From the IMG/VR virus record IMGVR_UViG_2671180921_000022, positions 1 through 6,293 of that record: a stretch of 6,293 bases of DNA; one strand, 5' to 3'. The position numbers and the translations under genes are program-made. This DNA comes from a virus. Taxonomy: Duplodnaviria; Heunggongvirae; Uroviricota; Caudoviricetes. Under the pieces are notes generated by a model. It saw nothing but the letters and a program-made list of their open reading frames with translations. It ran no database searches and was not told the origin of the DNA. Positions 1-5,878 of this stretch are shown piece after piece. Every line of letters begins with the position of its first letter. Position 1 is the stretch's first letter.

Positions 1-696
1 TCACTTCGGGTAAGGCTGAATCCTGGATAGCTTGGTGTTTAGGCGCTTTTTTGCACGCTTATTCAGGAATCTGATGTAGCGATACTGATTAAATTTGTGT
101 ACCACGGCCCGCTCCTTATTAGCCCGCAAATACTCGCCTCGTTGCCCTCCGCGCTTAATCGCGTTCATCGCTATCTCGTGATACCACTCGCCGTCCAGCT
201 CGTAGAACGTGCTTTCATGGCTACCAATAAAATCAAAATTCGACGCCTGATATACCACGCCAGCACGTCCGCAGCGTTCGTCTGCAAAAGACTGAACCCA
301 CTCAACTGACGGATACAGTAACCTGATAACTTTCAGCGCGTAGCTGATAGCCCGTGATTCAGAATTGCGGGGCATGTCGTCGTGTAGCCACATGCGGTTC
401 AGTTCCATGTAACCCCGGTTATCTGTTTCAAGCACGACACGACGCCCTGAGTTGGGATTAAGGGCATATCCCCACTGAAGAACGCCAACCAGATCACGTC
501 CGCTGAATACGCCCAGATGCAGGTAGGAGTTATTCACAAAACGGCGGGAATAATGCTTTGTCTGAATGATTGTGCGGGCCAGCCAGCAGGATATGGTTTC
601 AACGCGCAACTCCTTTGAACCATAGCCGACAATCCGGCCTTCATACTCAATAACGCAGGGTTTTGTCAGAATGCGTGATTTCTTCTCTTTTCCCAC
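1..696 (-). CDS. mom: Mom-like DNA modification protein (Mu Mom family); 231 aa if started at GTG 696..694, stop TGA at 3..1
   Basis: Long minus-strand ORF directly downstream of, and overlapping by 50 nt, a clear com homologue. The track ORF (1..738) opens with TTG; the first in-frame ATG is at 726 with no Shine-Dalgarno. GTG at 696..694 has GGAG 7 nt upstream and gives 231 aa, which is the length I recall for Mu Mom. Protein identity beyond synteny and size is from memory. Confidence 0.75.
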   Translation of the reverse strand: MGKEKKSRILTKPCVIEYEGRIVGYGSKELRVETISCWLARTIIQTKHYSRRFVNNSYLHLGVFSGRDLVGVLQWGYALNPNSGRRVVLETDNRGYMELNRMWLHDDMPRNSESRAISYALKVIRLLYPSVEWVQSFADERCGRAGVVYQASNFDFIGSHESTFYELDGEWYHEIAMNAIKRGGQRGEYLRANKERAVVHKFNQYRYIRFLNKRAKKRLNTKLSRIQPYPK

Positions 697-832
697 AATA
701 CAGCTCCGTGGGATGCTCTTTGGCATTCGATATGACAATGTAACGTTTACAGCGAGGGCATTTAATTTCTATATGCTTAAAACCTCCTTTAAACAGTAAC
801 TTATTGCAGTTCTTACAGCGAACAGAGTCCAT
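647..832 (-). CDS. com: Com zinc-finger translational activator of mom (61 aa)
   Basis: ATG at 832..830 preceded by AGGGAG. Product [61 protein letters not shown] has CxxC-x15-CxxC and is near-identical in pattern to remembered Mu Com (..[22 protein letters not shown]..). The track ORF start at 865 is a GTG with no RBS and is less likely. Confidence 0.85.
   Translation of the reverse strand: MDSVRCKNCNKLLFKGGFKHIEIKCPRCKRYIVISNAKEHPTELYCGKREEITHSDKTLRY
691..713 (-). promoter_or_regulatory. Translation-inhibition hairpin sequestering the mom start codon and Shine-Dalgarno
   Basis: Minus-strand RNA 713..691 is UCCCAC-GGAGCUGUAUU-GUGGGA: a 6-bp stem (713-708 pairs with 696-691) and an 11-nt loop. 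GGAG is in the loop and the GUG start forms the 5' end of the 3' arm. This matches the Com-relieved occlusion mechanism known for Mu mom. Confidence 0.5.
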
Positions 833-905
833 GATTCTCCCTGTGTAATAACCAGATACGACCACCCGGAGGGCTGGGGATATTTAACCACACATGATGT
901 AAAAC

Positions 906-933
906 GACGATCGATATGATGGTATCGATCGTC
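906..933. promoter_or_regulatory. Perfect 11-bp inverted repeat with 6-bp spacer carrying two Dam (GATC) sites; candidate methylation-sensitive operator for the com-mom promoter
   Basis: GACGATCGATA (906-916), spacer tgatgg, TATCGATCGTC (923-933); the arms are exact reverse complements. GATC at 909-912 and 927-930. The element lies 74-101 bp upstream of the com ATG in the only sizeable non-coding gap of the window (833-973). Confidence 0.5.
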
Positions 934-973
934 ATAATCTATACAAAACGCTTAATTATTAACCTTTTTTGAG

Positions 974-1444
974 TCAGCTTTCTGCGGCACTCTGAGAAAG
1001 AGGCTCTGCTATCAGGGACAGCAGTCTCTCTGTCTGTTTTCTGTTTTCGAGGGTAATTGCGCAATCCCGTTTCACCTCCTCTGCATATAATCTGACACTT
1101 TCCGCACTTTTTTGTATCTGCATTGCAATCTCTTCGAACTTTTTAAGAGATTCAGGGCGCAAATCTGCATCTGTCACCGACAAAAAATCGTTAAGCGAAC
1201 CGTCCTGTGAATCTTCATAAACGCGAATGATGCCGATTTCTGAAAGGCGCTGTGCGCTCTGTGTCAGGCGAACACTGTACACGCCCGGCAGAACGGGGAA
1301 GTCGTACTCCCCGCTCTGTGTAGTGACGTGGCTGAAAACACCTTTCAGAATCCCTGCACGGTTGTGCAGGGAGGTCAGCGTGATGGTTGTGCCGCCCAGC
1401 GGTTCTCCTGTGGGCGTTTTAATCACACCTTTAAGCTGCGGCAT
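974..1444 (-). CDS. Orphan side-tail-fibre N-terminal domain protein (lambda Stf N-terminal domain-like, about 156 aa), lacking shaft and receptor-binding parts
   Basis: The product aligns by eye to the remembered lambda Stf N-terminus: LKGVIKTPTGEP vs ISGVLKDGTGKP, GVYSVRL vs GQYSVIL, IRVYEDSQDGSLNDFL vs ITVYEDSQPGTLNDFL, DLRPESLKKFEE vs DARPEVLRRLE. The ATG at 1444 has GGAG 7 nt upstream and aligns with the lambda Stf start; track ATGs at 1486 and 1471 are alternatives. The ORF overlaps the tfa stop by 14 nt. Confidence 0.7.
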   Translation of the reverse strand: MPQLKGVIKTPTGEPLGGTTITLTSLHNRAGILKGVFSHVTTQSGEYDFPVLPGVYSVRLTQSAQRLSEIGIIRVYEDSQDGSLNDFLSVTDADLRPESLKKFEEIAMQIQKSAESVRLYAEEVKRDCAITLENRKQTERLLSLIAEPLSQSAAES

Positions 1445-1961
1445 CGGGATGCTCCGGCCAGCTGATGGCATTAAGGGAGGCTTCATCAGTAACGGCGCTT
1501 AAATCCAGCGCTTTTACCGCTTTGATATACGCCATCCACTGCGCAAGACGAGCTTTGTCGTCATCACTGATGACGCCCAGCTCCAGCTCGGCTTTCCAGT
1601 CGGAGGTGATGTCCTTTGCTTCAGTCAGCAGATGCTGGCGTTGTTTTTCTGCCAGTTGCGAATAATCAACAGGAACCGGCAGCACTTCGCCGTCTTTGTA
1701 ATACCAACTGGCTTCAATGCCAAAGCCTTCCGGCAGTTCATCAACTTCCACAATGGTGAAGCCTGCCGGATAAAGACGGGACACGTCTTCTGCCATTGAA
1801 TAAATCACGCCGCTTTCAGGGTGAATGCACAATTTGTATCTCTTCGTGAATTTGTCCATGGATTCATAAAAATCCTGTCCGTCTTCACTGCGGAAATACT
1901 GAATGCCTTCACCATAAGGCATATCTTCAGGGTAGTAACGCGTAACATTTCTGAGTTCCAT
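1431..1961 (-). CDS. Tail fibre assembly chaperone (Tfa; Mu U / P2 gpG family), about 176 aa
   Basis: Product has the characteristic Tfa C-terminal region (..LGVISDDDKARLAQWMAYIKAV..SWPEHP). ATG at 1961 is preceded by AAGGAG (minus-strand TTAAGGAGAAAATAATG). It lies immediately downstream of the fibre gene. The track start at 1997 overlaps the fibre ORF and has no RBS. Confidence 0.85.
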   Translation of the reverse strand: MELRNVTRYYPEDMPYGEGIQYFRSEDGQDFYESMDKFTKRYKLCIHPESGVIYSMAEDVSRLYPAGFTIVEVDELPEGFGIEASWYYKDGEVLPVPVDYSQLAEKQRQHLLTEAKDITSDWKAELELGVISDDDKARLAQWMAYIKAVKALDLSAVTDEASLNAISWPEHPDAAA

Positions 1962-1975
1962 TATTTTCTCCTTAA

Positions 1976-2785
1976 TTAACCTGATACGGTGCGCCATGAA
2001 CCATTGATATAAATCTGCGCGGATTTGTAATACACACCACCGATGTTATCCGCCGAACTTCTTCCCGTATCCTGGACATAAATGCCTGATAACTGACAGC
2101 CTGAAGGCGCGCGAAACGTCCAGGTGATTTCGTTACCGCCCGGGTTGTAAAACACCTCATTGGTGTACTGAAAATCACGCACAGCGCCGGAATCGGTGGT
2201 GCTGATGGTGATATCACTGGTGCCATCAAACAGCACATTGTTAATCCTGCGTGCATTCTGAAGGCGGGTTGCCGTTCCGGCGTTGCCGCTGATGTTGCTG
2301 ATGGTGATATCCGAAGACAGGGCCAAACCGTTGACCCTGCGGGTATTCGGTACAGCACTATTGGCTTTATTTACCGTGTCACCTAATGAAAGTGCGTTGA
2401 TAATTTCACTGGCCGTGGTTTTTCCAAGAATACCGCGCACAAAAGCACTGAGCGGCGTTAACGCCATTGTGTCTTCGCTGGTAAAATACGGGAACGTGTT
2501 ATTCTCACCGGTTAATCCGGCAATGGCACCGGCTGAACCACTGTTCATAATAAACAGCTTTTTCAGGGCTGCCATTATCTGACCGGTATCTGCTTTATCC
2601 GGCGTTATTCCGGCTTCTTCGAGAATTTTCAGCAATTCAGACTGAATGATATTAAACCAGTCCGGCCCCGGATAGGTGGGCGGAATACCGTTCCCGCCTT
2701 CGGTGAAATAAAGCGTTGTCTGGCTTGATACTGGCGCAACAGGCGGCATCACCGGCACGCCGGTATTATTATCAACATGATACAT
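1976..2785 (-). CDS. Short tail fibre protein (269 aa): tail-collar-like N-terminus, P2 gpH-like C-terminus
   Basis: ATG at 2785. N-terminal ..YPGPDWFNIIQSELL.. resembles the conserved baseplate-attachment region of Mu S / P2 H fibres. The central ..FPYFTSEDTMALTPLSAFVRGILGK.. and the terminal ..YINGSWRTVSG resemble remembered P2 gpH (..FPYFTGNDVASLATLTKVGRDILAK.., ..YINGTWYNVAQV). Stop TAA at 1978..1976, followed by the tfa RBS. Confidence 0.8.
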   Translation of the reverse strand: MYHVDNNTGVPVMPPVAPVSSQTTLYFTEGGNGIPPTYPGPDWFNIIQSELLKILEEAGITPDKADTGQIMAALKKLFIMNSGSAGAIAGLTGENNTFPYFTSEDTMALTPLSAFVRGILGKTTASEIINALSLGDTVNKANSAVPNTRRVNGLALSSDITISNISGNAGTATRLQNARRINNVLFDGTSDITISTTDSGAVRDFQYTNEVFYNPGGNEITWTFRAPSGCQLSGIYVQDTGRSSADNIGGVYYKSAQIYINGSWRTVSG

Positions 2786-2827
2786 ATCTGATTATTTCTC
2801 CTGATATTGTGTATACAGAGATATTTA

Positions 2828-3871
2828 TTATTCAGTGGCGCTCCGTGCCTGATTAAGCAACTCCGCTGAGAAGGTCAGCTCCCCCCTTGCGAAAGGCGTT
2901 TCTCCGCCCGGTTCCGCCATAAAACTCTGTGAGACTGTGGTCCAGCTGTTTGTGTCGTATTGTGCGCCATCCTCTGTAATCATTGCGCCTTCATGGCTTC
3001 CGTTTTTCACTTTCCAGGCCAGACAGTTATTGGGTGCGTCTGCGCTGCGGTAAGTAACAGAAGCCATTACAGCAATGACATTGTTGTTACTGTTGTCCAC
3101 CGCACCAAACGTAACCTGTGCAGCCTCCGTGGAGGGTGAGAGCATCAGGTATCCGGCATCACTGTCAGATGTGTTCAGCCCCGTCACAATATCTTTGTCC
3201 AGCGAGTTTCTGGCACTCCCGCCGGAGAACGCCGTTACCGGACTGTAGCCAACCTCAACACTCCCCAGCAGTGATGGTGAGGCATCATAGTTATCACCAT
3301 ACGGCAGCGTCGCCAGGTACATATCACCCAGCATCACAGTACCGGATACACCTGACGTGAAAATACGTCCGGTATCGCCAATCCCCACCGTAACCTGGTC
3401 CACGTCATTAAAGTAAACGCGTCCGACTAACGAGCGGTTACAGTACAGGCTGGCTGACGCCCGATTACTTTCACTTAGCGCCACAAAAATCTCAAAATAG
3501 TAACTGGCTGCCTCATCAGGATACGGTGTGGTGAATGATTTACCGCCGACACGGATATACGAAGATGAATTTTTCCCCCCTTCACTTAATGTCAGACGAA
3601 AACCCATCTGTACGGCAGAGCCGCTTAAATCAGGAAGCGGAATATAAAGATAAAGAGGTCCCTGCGGCTGAAAAATCAGCCCTGTTCTTTCTGTTGTATT
3701 AACAACCTGTGTGCCACGACGAACGGATACGACAGAAGAGTTGTACATGTCACTGATAAGTGTGACGCCGTTTTCGTTCAGTGCGGAAAGAATGTTTGCC
3801 GGAGAGGGGGTCTCACACAATTCCTCATCCGCCGGAATTTGTCGGAAGCTTTCGAGTTTTATGATATTCAA
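2828..3871 (-). CDS. Hypothetical protein in the tail-fibre locus (347 aa from TTG 3871; 362 aa from TTG 3916); possible accessory receptor-binding or fibre-associated protein
   Basis: Uninterrupted minus-strand ORF with no in-frame ATG near its 5' end. TTG at 3871 is preceded by AAGGAG at 7-nt spacing, whereas TTG at 3916 overlaps the gp48-like gene and has no RBS. Ends in tandem stops TAA TAA (2830..2825). Ser/Gly/Thr/Asn/Tyr-rich like phage fibre or receptor-binding domains, but I recognise no specific family. Confidence 0.6.
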   Translation of the reverse strand: MNIIKLESFRQIPADEELCETPSPANILSALNENGVTLISDMYNSSVVSVRRGTQVVNTTERTGLIFQPQGPLYLYIPLPDLSGSAVQMGFRLTLSEGGKNSSSYIRVGGKSFTTPYPDEAASYYFEIFVALSESNRASASLYCNRSLVGRVYFNDVDQVTVGIGDTGRIFTSGVSGTVMLGDMYLATLPYGDNYDASPSLLGSVEVGYSPVTAFSGGSARNSLDKDIVTGLNTSDSDAGYLMLSPSTEAAQVTFGAVDNSNNNVIAVMASVTYRSADAPNNCLAWKVKNGSHEGAMITEDGAQYDTNSWTTVSQSFMAEPGGETPFARGELTFSAELLNQARSATE

Positions 3872-3893
3872 AGTTACTCTCCTTTTATTTTTG

Positions 3894-4817
3894 CTATTCG
3901 GATATGACCACAGCAAAATGCAGTCCCGGATGATTAATCATTAACGGTTCACTGGTTCTGTTGACTGTCTGTAATTGCATACTGTTAACCGGTACGGGGG
4001 AGCCTGTTCTGTATCCCACCTGCATCTGCGCACTGGTAATTGTCATGGGTTCAGTTGTTGGTTGACCTGAATGCAATTGTGCCCTGCTGAGCATCAGCGG
4101 TTCACCTGCCAGTGCCGGAACAACCGCAAAATGCATTCCAGCACAGTTAATCGCTACTGGATCCGCAGCTTTGTATCCGGCCTGAACCCAGGTACGGTTA
4201 ATGGACAGTGGTGGACCGGAAAGAGATTCATCATCACCATCTGTGTAAAAAAACTCATACCCTGTTCCGCCCATGCGGTAATTTTTCAGGAGACATTCCA
4301 GTTCGCGGGTCCGTTCGCTGATTAATGGCGTCATGACGTCATCAATACAGGTAAACCGACCGGCATCGTTGTCCGGGACTTCCACTTTCAGCAGCCAGCG
4401 ATACCGCGCCGGATGCAGCGGATACATGCAGTCGCGCAGGCAGTGGTGCGGCAGAACGGCCGTCACCTTTATGGTGAAGCCCAGCGCCGCAGCAGCAGCT
4501 TCAATCTGCCAGGTTGCCAGCCCGCCCTTGCGGCGGTATTTCTCAACCACAGCACGGCGACGGGCTTCCGTTGTGGTGGCGGCAATTCCGCATTCCGGCA
4601 GCGCCAGATACTGCTCCCACTCCGGCAGCAACTGGAGCGTGGTTTCCGGGCGCATCTCCACATGCAGACGCGAGGCGTCGTATTCAACGCGGGTTAAACG
4701 CTCTGCAAGCGCCCTTAAAAAACGGTTTAAATCTGCATCGTTATCACGCGGCCATGCCTTACCCCGTGGCATGACCTGTTGCAGTGCGGTCAGCCATTCC
4801 GTCACGCTGTGAGCCAT
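3894..4817 (-). CDS. Mu gp48 / P2 gpI-like baseplate-tail protein (DUF2313/YmfQ-like N-terminal about 190 aa) with an extra C-terminal repeat region of about 115 aa
   Basis: ATG at 4817. N-terminus MAHSVTEWLTALQQVMPRGKAWPRD... is typical of gpI/gp48-family proteins. Position is right after the baseplate-J-like gene, with a 16-nt overlap. The C-terminal region carries about five degenerate 15-aa repeats. Confidence 0.8.
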   Translation of the reverse strand: MAHSVTEWLTALQQVMPRGKAWPRDNDADLNRFLRALAERLTRVEYDASRLHVEMRPETTLQLLPEWEQYLALPECGIAATTTEARRRAVVEKYRRKGGLATWQIEAAAAALGFTIKVTAVLPHHCLRDCMYPLHPARYRWLLKVEVPDNDAGRFTCIDDVMTPLISERTRELECLLKNYRMGGTGYEFFYTDGDDESLSGPPLSINRTWVQAGYKAADPVAINCAGMHFAVVPALAGEPLMLSRAQLHSGQPTTEPMTITSAQMQVGYRTGSPVPVNSMQLQTVNRTSEPLMINHPGLHFAVVISE

Positions 4818-5878
4818 GTCACCACCCCGATGGTGATAAGCTCATCCACATCACTGGTGGTGTCTTCCCCGATGTTGAGGAAGTAATCCGTGATACCGGA
4901 CGTCATACCGATGGCCGTGCGCAGCGAGGACACCGGCAGCATCTGACCGGGGGCCAGCGTTTTCTGTAATGCGGTCAGGTTTGCCCGGACGGCGTTCCTG
5001 TTCGCCTGGCTGTCCGGTGTCAGACGGATGGACAGGTCGACCTTCTTCAGCCTGACCTGTACCGGCCAGACCTCGATGCCGCCCGGTTTGCCCACCATCA
5101 CCCCGGTGGCCGGGTGTTTGTGGCAGAACAGATACTGCTCCATTGTCTTCAGGTCGTCCCGTGTGGGGATAATGTCTTCACGGTCATCATAAAGCCATGC
5201 CAGCCCGACCGTGCCGGGGCCGTGCCACGCATCCCACGCCCACGCGCGGCTGACACCCGGCACTTCACGCGCCCAGATGACGTAATCATGCAGTGCACCG
5301 CCCACCGGGGGATTGCGGCGCACATACAGCAGACGGTCCAGCAGCTCTGCGATGGATTCGATGTCTGCGCCACCGGTGATGCCACTTTCAGTCACCGCGC
5401 CTGTGCTGCCCGTTCCGGGTAGCGGGGATAACAGAGTGAGCACGGCACCGGCAGCAAGATTGCCCGCCACACCGGCTTCTTCAGCCTGCACGATGACAGT
5501 GACCTCGCCGTCCTGTACCTCGCCGGATGTGAGTACCTGATACACCTGATTCGTGTCGGACTGCATCCGGGTTTCTGCCGGGATGGGGGACTGACTGGTG
5601 AAGGTCACCGGTCCGCTGGCAAAGGTGGCCTGCTTGCGGATAATCCCTTCATACGTTGCTGTTTTGATAATGGTTTCATCATCAGACGCGGTGGACGGAA
5701 TAATCTGGTCTTTAATCCAGCTCTGATGGTCGTATAAATCCCGGACCTGACTGCTGAATGACACGTTCAGCGCCTGCTCAACACTGACAGGCGGCAGCTT
5801 TTGCAGGCCGAGTTCATACGCAATATCTTTTTCGCCGTCGGCAATCAGTTTGCCCAGCGTGGGGATTTCATACGGCAT
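4802..5878 (-). CDS. Baseplate J-like protein (Mu gp47 / P2 gpJ family), 358 aa
   Basis: Long ORF between gp46-like and gpI-like genes; the size matches Mu gp47. ATG at 5878 has GGGAGG about 9 nt upstream and overlaps the gp46-like stop (TGA 5870..5868). The track start at 5911 is a TTG deeper into the upstream gene. Confidence 0.8.
   Translation of the reverse strand: MPYEIPTLGKLIADGEKDIAYELGLQKLPPVSVEQALNVSFSSQVRDLYDHQSWIKDQIIPSTASDDETIIKTATYEGIIRKQATFASGPVTFTSQSPIPAETRMQSDTNQVYQVLTSGEVQDGEVTVIVQAEEAGVAGNLAAGAVLTLLSPLPGTGSTGAVTESGITGGADIESIAELLDRLLYVRRNPPVGGALHDYVIWAREVPGVSRAWAWDAWHGPGTVGLAWLYDDREDIIPTRDDLKTMEQYLFCHKHPATGVMVGKPGGIEVWPVQVRLKKVDLSIRLTPDSQANRNAVRANLTALQKTLAPGQMLPVSSLRTAIGMTSGITDYFLNIGEDTTSDVDELITIGVVTWLTA

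Noticed and set aside
940-973. Possible intrinsic terminator after the Stf N-domain ORF (AT-rich near-palindrome TTAATAATTAA followed by GUUUUGUAU on the minus-strand RNA)
   Set aside because: The stem would be short and entirely A/U with an imperfect dyad, and the U-tract is interrupted. This is too weak to call a terminator without a folding calculation or transcript 3'-end mapping.
951-975. Weak resemblance of TTATTAACCTTTTTTGAG to half of a Gin/Hin-type crossover site (hix/gix-like TTATC-AAAACC)
   Set aside because: Only one partial half-site of about 9 matching positions, no partner site and no invertase gene in the window. It cannot be separated from chance in an AT-rich spacer. Mentioned only because it sits exactly at the truncated end of the Stf N-domain ORF.
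1972-2358. Minus-strand 128-aa ORF overlapping the tail fibre gene in another frame; similar short minus-strand ORFs at 4469..4687, 5149..5385 and 6077..6280
   Set aside because: They are embedded out of frame within longer ORFs that have clear family signatures. Their products are Pro/Ala/Arg/Cys-rich low-complexity translations typical of off-frame reading. No independent start signals were found.
2786-2827. Possible readthrough or fusion of the 362-aa ORF with the downstream fibre ORF (both are in the same frame)
   Set aside because: Three in-frame stop codons separate them (TAA TAA at 2830..2825 and TAA at 2794..2792), and the fibre has its own ATG and RBS. A fused product is not supported.
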